Shown: positions 49,614-64,000 of the stretch, in pieces
Position numbering within the stretch: the first letter of the stretch is position 1
Layout: each line of letters starts with the position of its first letter
From: the human T2T-CHM13v2.0 reference genome, Homo sapiens
Direction: 5' to 3' (one strand)
DNA length: 64,000 nucleotides
Assembly: GCF_009914755.1 (NCBI RefSeq)
Contig: NC_060930.1
Made by a program: the position numbers and the translations under genes
The notes under the pieces: generated by a model
The model's database searches: none
What the model saw: only the letters and a program-made list of their open reading frames with translations
Told to the model about the DNA's origin: nothing

Positions 49614-50912
49614 CTAATGAGATAGGTAGTTCTAATGCTATTTTTGGCTTACAAAGACACAAGTAAGTCATCTTTCATGGTCCCTATATCGGGTCCCAGT
49701 TCTCAGGCAATCTCTTTAGTTCCATACTTCTATTTAAGTAAACACATTTTCTTTTTTTCCCAACTAACATGCTATTCTGTATTCAGTCTCTCTCTTCCTC
49801 ATTCTCTTTCCCTCCCCTCAAATTCACCTTGTAACAAGTAAGAAAAATCACTCTACCCATATTCTACCTACTCTGACATACGATGAACACTTTTTATCTC
49901 ACCTAGCTTTCATGAGAGCCACAGAACATGACATTCTGTCAGGGTCTACGCTAAAGCACCTGCACCAACAGATAAGATGTAATTTAGATAGTTTGTCTTC
50001 TATGCATATGCCTTCACTTTTTAACCTATTAGATGTTCGAAGCCATCTCATGAAAAACCTATGGAACTTGAAGAGATATCTGCTGTCACTAAAGAGCAAC
50101 TAGTCTTTATTTTTAAGAACTTACAAGAAATGGGGAAAAGGAACTAAATACTGTATTTTGAATAATTCTATTCCTGGTAAATATCTGGGAGTGATTTTCT
50201 GATCAAATAAATATTTACTAAGCTACCAATGCTCCTTTATCATAGTCACCCTTTAAATAAGCATCTTTTTCTATGATAGTGACTTTCATTGTTCCAATTC
50301 TTTTGAGTTCCCAGACACTGACTCTGTGGATGTATGTTAATAACCTTGTCCAACATTATCTGCCTTTTCTGAGGGAATTACACTAACAATTTATGTTTAG
50401 TAATTCCTTGCAATCCTTTCAATTCCTCTGTTAGATATCAAACCCATCAGAGAACTTAGAAATGAAAGAGGCTTATTAAATCATCTAACCACCTCTTCTC
50501 TGTAATCATGATTCTATTTACATCTAATCATTTCTTCTCATATTTCAATGTTCATCTTTTCAGAAACTCATTTTAAAAATTGCAACTCACTGCTCTAATT
50601 TATCAAGCTTGTTCTCCTAAATTCAAAAGTCCATCCAGCTTCAATCTGTAAATTTAATTAACACTTCAGTCTTCCTGTAAGTGGTTAATCAAAAAATTGA
50701 ACAATGTCAGCTCAAGAGGAGTGCTTTATAACTAATCTGAAAAATCATTATAACCTTATAGTACATGGCTAAAATGAATTTAAATTATATTACACAAGAT
50801 GCCTCAAAGAAACACTATTAAATTCACTATTATGGCTGAGATAGCCTGCAAAGTACTTTTTTTAATAACAAGTTTATTACAATGTCAAAAAGAGATAATA
50901 GTGCTAACGTAC

Positions 50913-51015
50913 CTTCTCTGCTAGTCTCTTGGCTTGAACTTGAATATCTGGTCTTGAATGGTCATTGTCTTTTTCCAATAAAGAATCCACAGAAAGCTGA
51001 AAATCAGCTACTTCT
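50913..51015 (-). CDS. RARS2: RARS2 exon 3 (103 nt): [34 protein letters not shown]
   Basis: ctttag|AGAAG ... AAG|gtacgt; frame continues from exon 2. Confidence 0.96.
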
Positions 51016-51082
51016 CTAAAGACAGACATCGAAACGAGATAGAACTGTTACCTTAAAAGCATTAGTTGTTAAACAAAGACTA

Positions 51083-51493
<411 letters not shown>

Positions 51494-51573
51494 TTAAAAG
51501 CAAGAAAATGAGAAATAACCTAGTATTTATTCAGAATGTTTTTCTTATCATCTTATAAAATTCTTCCTCTTCT

Positions 51574-51856
<283 letters not shown>

Positions 51857-52814
51857 TTATACTAGCCACCTTATTTTATAGACATGAAAACTGATGTCTG
51901 GCAAGCTAAATGTCTCCTTTAAAATCCTACTGCAAATAAAAACAGACTGAGAAAAAAGCCCAGGTCTCTTTACCTCTTCTACAATGCTTCCTCTACTACT
52001 CCAAATACATGCTTCTAATTCAAACCTCTCCACTGACCTCCAAATGACATATTTTTTAAATGTTGTAATTTGAGTTTCAACATGAGAAAAAGAAGAATAT
52101 TCTTCTTAACACTCAGTAGTTCATTAAAGAGATGGACAATGCCATTTATCCTTTTCACTGGGTAGGTGAAAAAAAAATACAAAAACAAAGAAACAAACAC
52201 AAAGCAACTGATTCGTGAAAATAAATCATTTGCATCATGAGATCAGTTCTCTCTAGGGAAGCAGGGTAGGGAATGCAGTCAAACAAATATATATCAGTGA
52301 CTTCAACATTATCTGTAATGCTTAACAAAAATCAAAAGCTCTCCCTTTCCCTACAAAATAAGACTTGAAGTAAATTTGGAAAAAGGACTTGACAACTTAG
52401 AAAGTGACCATGACAGTACTCATTACATCATTCTCTATGAATTTTTCTGTAGGTTTGAAATAGTTCAAGGTGCAAACAAAATTTTTTTAATCAACATATA
52501 AGCATCTATATAACTACTCACACTAATTTATCTTCTGGTGTTTAATATGGAACTAGAGAATGAGACTCGATGGGCAGAGTAAGAGGGTTGAAACTTTATT
52601 TATCCAGCCCATCTGTCACTGGAATGAAAAAACTTATTTTTGAGAAGGCACAAATTATTTCCTTCATTAACACTTATGAAACTCAGGGAAATAACTAAAA
52701 ATTCCTGTGTGACTTCTGGTTAACATCACATTTAAAAACCCAGTCCACAATGACCATTAAGAATTCTCCTGAGCCTTAATACATCATCCAGCAGCCTACT
52801 ATGTATTACACTTT

Positions 52815-52945
52815 GGCCAGGTACAGGGGCCCATGCCTGTAATTCCAACATTTGGGAGGCCAAGGCAGGAGGATTGCTTGAGCTCAGGAGTTCAAGACCA
52901 GCTTGGGCAACATAGCAAGACCCAATCTCTAAGAAAAAAAATTTA
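52815..52945 (+). mobile_element. Alu left monomer (FLAM/AluJ)
   Basis: Single arm plus A-rich tail. Confidence 0.85.
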
Positions 52946-53349
52946 TATTAAAAAATGAAAACAATCTAAATGTCTAGCAACAAGGGAATGTTACAATATT
53001 GCTAAAAGCGATATTCATTTTAAAAACAGAATTATGTCAGGAAAAGGATTCAAATATCTTATGTTTTTCTATGTAGTTTTATAGCTATGTCTTTTTAAAC
53101 GCTAAAAAAATTTCAAACAAAAAAGTAAAAAATACATCAACTTGCTAAAATCAGTTGTCTTACTGTAGTAGACTATTGGGGGCTTTTATCTTTTCTTATT
53201 CTTCTGTATTTTCCTGAATTTCCTTAAGAAGATTATCTGTTTTGCTTTTATAATAGAAAAACACATTTAAAAATAAAACCTTTAAAAAGACAAAACATCT
53301 AAGCTATGAAAAGCAGTAGATATCAAAATAAACAACTGTGGATGAGGAG

Positions 53350-53657
<308 letters not shown>

Positions 53658-53700
53658 TGTGGACAAGGAAAGCAGACGGCGTGTAAAAGAAACAAAACTG

Positions 53701-54109
<409 letters not shown>

Positions 54110-54538
54110 CTAGTCCCTGTACACTCATTCTTTATACTTAAAAAAGTTTAAAAAGCAATAGTTATTTTCCCATTAATTCTGAGGAGTTGTGATATTGGTT
54201 AGTGTGAAATCCACAGACTTGATAGCCATTGGCTTATAATAAAGTTGTTAATTCTGTTTACTACCATCAGATAGTAGACAGAAAATAAAATCGAGAGAAT
54301 TAGATCAGAGTAAATTAATTCATTATATTAATTAAACCATGTTAACAAAAATACTATTTCTTAATTCTCCTGGCACTTGTAAGCACTCTGGAATAAAGTT
54401 AGAAATATAGAACGGTTAGGCTTAGTTACATACTGTAAAGGAAACCTGAATTTATTATGGCAAAGCACTAGAGGTTCCCTTTGTTTTAAGTAAACTTAAT
54501 ATGAAGAATTTCAGATTTGTAGGCCAGAAAAATCTTGA

Positions 54539-54858
<320 letters not shown>

Positions 54859-55002
54859 CCAATATTTATTTTCTATAAACTAAAGTTAATACCTCAGATT
54901 GTTAAAGTGGAAGCAGGCAAAGGAAATCCTATTCAAAAGATGGGCCAAGATGGTTCAGCTTATTAAAGACCTTTGACACATTAAATGAAAATGGAAACAA
55001 AC

Positions 55003-55300
55003 AGGCTGGGTGTGGTGGTTCATACTTGTAATCCCAGTACTTTGGGAGACCAAGGCAAGGGGACTGCCTGAGCTCAGGAGTTCAAGACCACCCTGGGCAA
55101 CATGACTAAACCCCATCTCTACAATAAATACAAAAATGTCAGCCAGGCATAGTGGCGTGAGCCTGTAGTCCAAGCTACTCTGGAGGCTGAGGTGGGAGGA
55201 TCACTTGAGCACGCGAGTTTGAGGCAGCAGTGAGCCGAGATCACACCACTGCCCTCCAGCTTGGGCGACAGAATGAGACCTGGTCTCAAAACAAACAAAC
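55003..55300 (+). mobile_element. AluJ
   Basis: Diverged full dimer. Confidence 0.85.
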
Positions 55301-56285
55301 ACCAAACCAGTAACATTTCCCTTATTATGCAGAATGTCATTTATAGATTTTACGAAATAGGCAACTAGTTTGGAAGGTTACATCTATTTACATATAATCA
55401 TGAGATCCTCTTGGTAGTGGCTGCCTCTCTTACAGAAAGTCAATATAAAAAGCCGCAGTGGGCCATTTTAAAGGTGCTTTTACTAGAAGGCCAAATGTAG
55501 CCTTTCTCTTTCTTTTCCACTTACTTCTTTGTTCTATTCTGAGAAGAATATTCATTCTACTCTTAAAGTCCTGACAAAGTTAAGTGAATAAAATACAAGG
55601 ACAGAATGGTACTGGTAATTATATCTTAACTTCTTTTCAAAGCTTAGGACTTAAATGACTACTATGTAGCTAATTTCTTGTCATTATTAATTGACAGACA
55701 ATAATCTATCCAAGTATTGAAGTTTTCTACCCAAATCGTAAACAAGAATCATTTAGGATGACCAAACTCACAAAGAGATACCTCTCTGTAACTGAGAAAG
55801 CAACTATTAGTTGTGTGTAGTCCTAACCAACAGTTTTCTATCACTGGGAGTACTCAAAAGGAAACTCAATAAACAAAAACAACATTAAAAACCTAGTAGA
55901 TAAATATGGTACAACAGTATTCAAGCACCAGATGGCTGTACAATCTTTAATATCCCTTCAAAAACCCTGAGATTCTAACCACAATTTTAGTTATTTTATT
56001 TATTGTTACAGAATTGAATTTGAACCTCATTCCCAAAGACTTTGCCACAATTATAGTTACTAGCATAACTAAAATAATGAACATAAGAATACACAATCTG
56101 CCATATCAGAGTATTTAAAATACAGATTTTAATTTTATTATTTAAGTCAACAGGAGTAATAGGCTGAGTATAATGAATCATATCTTACAGTTAATTTCAA
56201 GGACTATTCCACAAACTGAAGAGTAACAATTCTTTTTTGCTTTTTTGGTGTATCAACAAAGTCAGCAACATTTTATAGATTGTTA

Positions 56286-56378
<93 letters not shown>

Positions 56379-56429
56379 CTAAAAATCAAAAAGAACAAAA
56401 CAGTGTAAGATTGTTCACATATTTGTTCC

Positions 56430-56630
56430 ATTCAATGGAATACCACTTGTAAGAATAAACTATTAATACACTTAACACGAATGAGCTCCAAATGCATTCC
56501 AAGTGAAGGAAGCCAGATTCAAAAAGGTATATAGTGTATGATTCAATTATTTGACCCTCTGGAAAACCCAAAATTCTAAGGATGAAGAATAAATCTGTGG
56601 TTGCCAAGGGTTAAGGGGAGGATTTGACCA
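56430..56630 (+). mobile_element. Old L1M 3' fragment
   Basis: aagtgaaggaagccagattcaaaaagg..., gtggttgccaagggtt. Confidence 0.6.
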
Positions 56631-56964
56631 TAAATTAACAGAACTGTTTAGCAAAAAGAATGAACTTTACCTTCGTAAATTAAAAAAAAAAAAAAGTATG
56701 GCAAGAGAGGAGATAAACCACTGAGAATCCACAGATAATTTACTTATTTTTTTCATTAAAAAAATTGAGTGGCTACTTAATGTGCCAGGCATTATTCCAG
56801 GTATTAGGGATACAGCAGTGAACAAAACAGACAAAAAACAAAACAAAACAAAACAAAACCTCATGGCATTTACAAATAAACAAGTAAATAACAGGGAAAA
56901 TGTGATCCCCGTCCCTATCAAAGGCTTAATCATTAGAATAGTGGGGTGGATGTGTTATATACAT

Positions 56965-57638
<674 letters not shown>

Positions 57639-57848
57639 CTGAATTATTCCTATCTGACAGGCATGTCTTAAGTACCTTAATTTTTCTTTGCAACAATCCC
57701 AGACTTTCCTACTATTTCAACCCTCATTTTATAAATGATGAAACTGAAGTACAGGGAATTTACTTAACTTGCCTAAGTGGAAAGAAAAGCTAGGATGTGA
57801 ACACAGGCTATCTAAAAACAGAACCTATACTCAACCCCTATGCCATAT

Positions 57849-58221
57849 TGATATGGTTTGGTTCTATTTCCTCCCAAAATCTGATCTTGAATTATAGCTC
57901 CCATAATCCCCACGTGTCATGGGAGGGACCAGGTGGGGATAACTGAATCATGGGGTGGTTCCCCCATTCTGTTTTCGTGACAGTGAGTTAGTTCTCACGA
58001 GATCTGATGGTTTTAAAAGAGGCTTTCCCCCACCCTTCGCTCAACACTTCTCCTTGCTGCTGCCATGTGAAGAATGTGTCTGCTTCCCCTTCTGCAACGA
58101 TTGTAAGTTTCCTGAGGCCTCCCCAGCCATGCTGAACTGTGAGTCAATTAAATCTCTTTCCTTTATAAATTACCCAGTGTCACGCATGTCTTTATTAGCA
58201 GTGTGAGAACAGACTAATACA
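57849..58221 (+). mobile_element. Complete THE1 (THE1C/D-like) MaLR solo LTR
   Basis: TGATATGGTTTGG...AGACTAATACA, 373 bp; perfect 5-bp TSD CATAT at 57844-57848 and 58222-58226. Confidence 0.92.
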
Positions 58222-59335
58222 CATATGTATATCCTTTCATTGAGAAATGCATAAAAACAAAATAGTGAAATAACAGCATAGCCAGTATAAATTTACAACT
58301 GTCTTCAACTTTTCCCCCACTTCTCCAATACTCATATAGCCTCTGCAAAGGACTATACATGGCTGTAGAATTGGGAAAAAGAGAAGGGAATGATGGGGGA
58401 AACAGAAAAAGTAAGAATGTAAGAAGAGTTTAAGAAGAAATCATCTTCAAGGGTGTTTGTGACTGTTCAGGAGAGCAATAAAATTAAAACCACTGTCTCT
58501 TGATTAATAACAACATATACTCTCCTGTTGTCAACAGAAGTTATTTGTTGAATTTCACAAACATATTAACCGTAAAAACTTGCCCAAACTTGCAGACCTG
58601 GAGACGTCACTTTCTTTAAGAGGCTTGTACATTTCCACTTTGGCTTGGTACAGATTGATTTTTTAAAGTTTCCTCTCAGGGTACAATATTTTTATTTTCT
58701 AGACTTTAGGAAGTAAATTACTGTATTCCTTACTAAAAAGTCATTTCTTTAGGATGTATTTACAGAAGTAGGTAAATATTTCCAAAGCATTTATAGGATA
58801 AAGGCTCAAACAGTTCATGTTTATAGTACGAAATGTTTCTAGAACAGAAACATCAGTAATAAAGGTTCTATCGTAATTTCTCAGAAAAAAAAAAAAAGGA
58901 TCCAAATTCCAAATTCCAGTTCTACTTTTATTAGTTAAGAGACCTTGAGAAAGTAATTTTACATGAATGAGCTATAGTTTTCACAGCTGAAATACGGGGA
59001 TAATAAATCTGTTAAATAATAAACTAGGGCTCTTGTGATGACTAAGAAAAATATGTCATATAATAAACATGTAATAAATATTTCCTTCTCCTTTTAAAAA
59101 GTTTGTTTATTTTGGACACATCTTCCAAACTTAACCATAATCACTAAGATTTTATGTCTATCTTAAATATAACAATTCGGCTGAAAAAAACTCAGTTATT
59201 AGGTCAATTTTGAAGCATTTCAGCTGACAAATAGGTTGTGAACCTGGGTAGCAATAAAAAGGTTACATTTAAATGAACAACATGCAATTCTCATTTGGAG
59301 AATTCTTTTGGCTAAACTAAAAGCTACTTAATAAT

Positions 59336-59517
59336 TTCTTCTTCTTCTTTTTTTTTCTTTTCCCCAGAGAAAAGGTCTCACTCTGTTACCCAGGCTGGAG
59401 TGCAGCGGCTCACAATCATACTTCACTGTAGCCTCGACCTCCTGGTCTCAAATGGTCCTCCCACCTCAGCTTCCTGAGTAGCTGGGACTCCAAGGAACTG
59501 CGCCACCATGGCTGGCC
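59336..59517 (-). mobile_element. Alu right arm (FRAM/AluJ)
   Basis: Single arm. Confidence 0.8.
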
Positions 59518-59843
59518 TCATGTATTATCTTACTATATTTCATTTGCTACCAAAAATGAAATGGGGGACTTAAGCACATAAAATGAAATGGAGGTATAAA
59601 TTTATACCAGAAAACTCTAAGCTCAAGGTACTTAACGCTTCTTGGCAATCAAGGTACAAAGGGAATCTATCTACACAGCATGTTTTACCCCTAGTAATAC
59701 AGGGTAAACATATATATATATATACTCAGTAAATAGCAGGAATGAAGTTTTCCTGAAAGTAATTCTAAGACTAGTTTATCTTACTCATATGAAGATATAA
59801 ATAACAAGACAGTAGTTTCAATAGCAGTTTCACAAAAGATACA

Positions 59844-60237
59844 TGTATAATTAGTTCTTGTACTGCTATAAAGACATAACTGAGACTGGCTAATTCATGA
59901 GGAAAAGAAGTTTACTTGGCTCATGGTTCCACAGGCTGTACAGGAAGCACGTATGGGGAGGCCTCAGAAAACTCAATCATGGCAGAAAGCGAAAGGGAAG
60001 CAGGCACATCTCACACGGTGGGAGCAGGAGGAAAAGTGTGAATGGGGAGATGCTACACACTGTTGAACAACCAGATCTTGTGAGAATTCTATCACCGAGG
60101 CAGCACTAGGGGAATGGTGCTAAACCATTAGAAACCATCCCCATGATCCAATCACCTCTCACCAGGCCCCACCTCCAACACTGGGGATTACAATTGAACA
60201 TGAGATTTGGGTGGGGACACAGAGCCAAACTATATCA
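59844..60237 (-). mobile_element. MST (MSTA/B-like) MaLR solo LTR
   Basis: Reverse strand starts TGATATAGTTTGG; + strand shows ggctcatggttccacaggctgtacaggaagca and catgagatttgggtggggacacagagcc. Confidence 0.85.
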
Positions 60238-60284
60238 GTATAGAAACATTCTTACATAATGTAAATTTTAAAACAAACAAGAAA

Positions 60285-60485
60285 AAGGGGGTTGGGGTGA
60301 ATGTGGAGTTATTGTTTAATGGGTAGAGAGTTTTAGTTGTGCAAGATGAAAACTGTTCCGCAGACGGATGGTGGTGATGGTTGCACAATGTAAATGTACC
60401 TAATGCCACTGAACTGTATACTTAAAAATGGCTAAGATGGTAAATTTTACGTTATGTGTATTTTTTCACAATTTAAAAAAACACA
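60285..60485 (+). mobile_element. L1MB-type 3' end
   Basis: ggatggtggtgatggttgcacaatg...gccactgaactgtatacttaaaaatgg. Confidence 0.8.
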
Positions 60486-62011
60486 CCAAAAAAAACCAAG
60501 AAGACTTCCGGGATAAAGTAGTGAAATGAAAGCTTCTTCACATAATCTCCCATCTTCAACCAACATCAAAAAGAAAAGGAAGGAAAGTAATTAGAGAGTA
60601 AACAGGTAGGTAGGTTGGTTCTCCAGCAGCAAATACACAAGACAGAAAGAGCTCAAAGTCACAAACTTCAAAGTTGATAGTCAAGTAAAAATACAATAGC
60701 TTCTGGAGGAGAATGGAACAGCCCTGTTTGGCAAGGCTAACTCAGTCCTCATGTATCAGAAGTCAGAGATGAATTAACAATTCTCATTAACACCCCAAAT
60801 CTGGAGAAAAACAAATTGAATAAATTCCATTATTTTTTCCCTCTTGCAACTAAGAGATGCTGCCCAAGCTGTGGGAAACAATTAGTAAGACAGAAATGAA
60901 TTCCAGCACTTTCCAGCAAAAGTAAAAATTCTAGGGTAACACACCAATGGCCTTTCCAATGAAAACACAATACATTCTCCTACTGCAGAAAGCAAACCTT
61001 GATATGGTGTTGTGTGAGCAGTAAGAATCAGAGAAGTAGTTTTTACAGGAAGACAGAAAAATATCAGGGCTAGTTTGCAAAAATTTAATATACCATGTCA
61101 GAGTTGAGGAATAATGTGTACAGGTCACCATGACCTACTAGAGAGAGAGACAAAAGAGGAATGGAAAGGGGGAGGAGTTTATATTTTTGCAACCACAAAG
61201 GTGAGGTAAGCCAAAAACAAACGTGACATGAGGAGTGAAGAAGTCATCCACACAATGTGCAAACAAATGGAAAGCTGGGGCAGAGCTGTCAAGCATGAGC
61301 AAGAAGAAAAAGAACAGGCATCACCAATAGGTGATCAAACTGAAATAAACAAAAATAGGGAGAGAGAGAATAGGGAGGGAGGCACAGACCAGAAGATAGA
61401 CAGCTGGAAAAAATGTGGCATACAACAGATCAAAGAACTCTGCCCAGGAGAAAAATGTAACCCAATGAATACGAAGAACATTATTCACAAATGCTTCAGG
61501 ATTTGGAACTTACTGAGAATGTGAATAAAATAAACAAGAACTAAAAGACAAGATGAAAAAACAGGAGTGAATTTTATAAGGAGTCTAAAAATTAGTGACC
61601 AAACTTTTTACCATAAAACTAATAATTAAGAAACATAACAGTATAGTCATAATTGAAAAAAATACTATGACACAGAAGAACTAATCAGAGAATACAAAGA
61701 TTAATGTAATCAGAAAAATAAACAGAATTGAAGAAAGATAATCCAACCTTAGGAAAATTGGTGTCCCTAAAATACAAAAAGAATGAAGACTAGCAAACAA
61801 ACATGCAGACAGGAAGGAAGGAAGGTAGACTGCTTCCCTAGCAACCAGTCATAAGGATAGAGAGACAAAATTCAAAGCCATAAACTTCAAAAGAGATCTC
61901 CAAGAAAAGATAATACAGATTATGAAGCAGAATGGAGCAGCCTTATTTGGCAGGGCTCCTAACTTGATCTCACTTATCAGAAGCCACAGAGATGAACCCT
62001 AAAAAATAGAA

Positions 62012-62012
<1 letters not shown>

Positions 62013-62056
<44 letters not shown>
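62013..62056. repeat. (CA)n microsatellite, about 22 units
   Basis: Directly visible. Confidence 0.95.
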
Positions 62057-62058
<2 letters not shown>

Positions 62059-62597
62059 TGGCTTCTTCAAAAGCAGGGCCTGAGAAAAAGACTTGCAGGC
62101 AAGTAGTTTATTTGGGAGATGGTTCCTGAGGGCAGAAGTGATGAGAGAGAGGGAAGGAAGAAAACTTAATACAAGATTATGCCATCAAAGTCATTGCTAT
62201 AAGCAATGGAGGCTTAATTTCCATGGTACCTCGTAAAATACATACATAGTGTCTACCAGAATTGTCTATCCAAAATAATTCCACCACACTGGAGCTATGT
62301 ATGTGCTGGGACCAGCAGGCTCCAGAGAGGATGAGGTGCTATTAGCAATAAGTGAATGGAAGCACACACAAAACTGTTTACACCTGTGTAAATAGTTGTA
62401 AACCTGTATTTACAACTGTGGCAGCTGGAATCAGAGGTGTGACCAAGGTGATGGGAGACAGGGCACAATATAAACAATAAAGGGAAAAACTTCCACGAAA
62501 TAAAGAACCAAATCTAAATTGTGGTACACTACTGCTATGGCACACCACTCAGCAATAAAATCAAAGAACTAGACCTCCATGCATCATTGTGGATAAA

Positions 62598-62877
62598 TTT
62601 TTTTTTTTTTTGAGATGGAGTTTCGCTTTTGTCACCCAGGCTAGAGGGCAATGGTGTGATCGCTCACTGCAACCTCTGCCTCCTGGGTTCAAGGAATTCT
62701 CCTGCTTCAGCCTGGGATTACAGGCACCCACCATGCCCAGCTAATTTTTGTATTTTTAGCAGAGACAGGGTTTCACCATGTTGGCCAGACTAGTCTCGAA
62801 CTCCTGACCTCAAGTGATCCACCCGCCTCGGCCTCCCAAAGTGCTGGGATTACAGGCGTGAGCCACCGCGCCCGGCC
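62598..62877 (-). mobile_element. AluS with small internal deletions
   Basis: Antisense dimer. Confidence 0.88.
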
Positions 62878-63439
62878 AACACAAATTTCAAGATAGACAT
62901 TACCTATTGTGTAAGGTAAGAGTTTGCCAGAGATGGGTACTCTCGGGAATTTAAAAGTATTTGTAATATTTTATTTTCGAAGCTGGGTGTGGGGCATATA
63001 AGTATTAACTATATTCTTTTCTATGATTAACATATTTCAATTAAAAAAGAGAAACTGAATCTACATATCAAGATAAATTATATCAAGAAAATATACAGAA
63101 AATTCAACACAGATGTATGCTGGATAAGTTGCTAAATTTTGAAAATAAAGCACCCAATCAAGAAAACTCCATGGGAAATGAAATAAATGTACTTTACTTT
63201 GTAGTCACATTAAATCACAAAGATCATGATCTGGTCAAAGCAGATAATTTAACGGTGATATTATATAGGAATAGATTCATTCGATAAAGAAGTTGCAAAG
63301 TAGTGTGTTTCACCTGCTCAGTTGTTGTTTTTTAATTTGAATTAATTGACAACACAGGAAGATTGGAAAATTTTACAATTACACTGGGATTGCCCTACGC
63401 ATTTGCATCCATGGTATCAGAAGAAAAAATGTGAGATAA

Positions 63440-63805
<366 letters not shown>

Positions 63806-64000
63806 TAAACATGGTAATTTTCTAAAGATTAAGCCTCCTTTTGATATTTCTAGGATTACTTTTTCTGAGAAGTCATAATTTCTTAAATACAGCCAATTAA
63901 GCCATATATCAGGAAAAAGATTGGTGGTAAGCATCTTATCTGGTTCAACATAAAATGAACAGTAGAGGTTGTGCAGATATGGTTACTAAACAGACTATAA

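Noticed and set aside
60500-61800. A-rich region with a 98-aa ORF (61228-61524)
   Set aside because: Composition suggests a very old L1 5'/ORF1 remnant; too degenerate to call and without coding support.

Overview
Primate (most likely human) genomic DNA, AT-rich and packed with repeats. It holds exons 2-20 of RARS2 (mitochondrial arginyl-tRNA synthetase) on the minus strand. I located all 19 exons by hand. Each has AG/GT boundaries, the phases are mutually consistent, and they total 1701 nt, or 566 codons plus TAA (LSRVLNLPP...GITPVCRM*). Exon 1 lies beyond the right edge. The introns contain about 45 Alu copies or fragments, an old L1 carrying nested insertions, several solo LTRs (LTR10-type, THE1, MST, MER21, MLT1), and Tigger3, MER58 and MER3 DNA-transposon relics. 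Apart from pieces overlapping RARS2 exons, I see no support for any ORF-track ORF; many are Alu, L1 or microsatellite translations. I found no new gene or biological system. The best observations are smaller: (1) a 62-bp inverted segment inside an Alu that appears copied from another Alu monomer about 0.85 kb away; (2) the atypical GTTAAGT donor of exon 2; (3) several candidate poison or cryptic exons; (4) alternative poly(A) signals on either side of an antisense Alu in the 3' UTR; (5) an intact antisense LTR10-type promoter with a decayed p53-like site. Repeat family names and boundaries come from recalled consensus sequences and are approximate.
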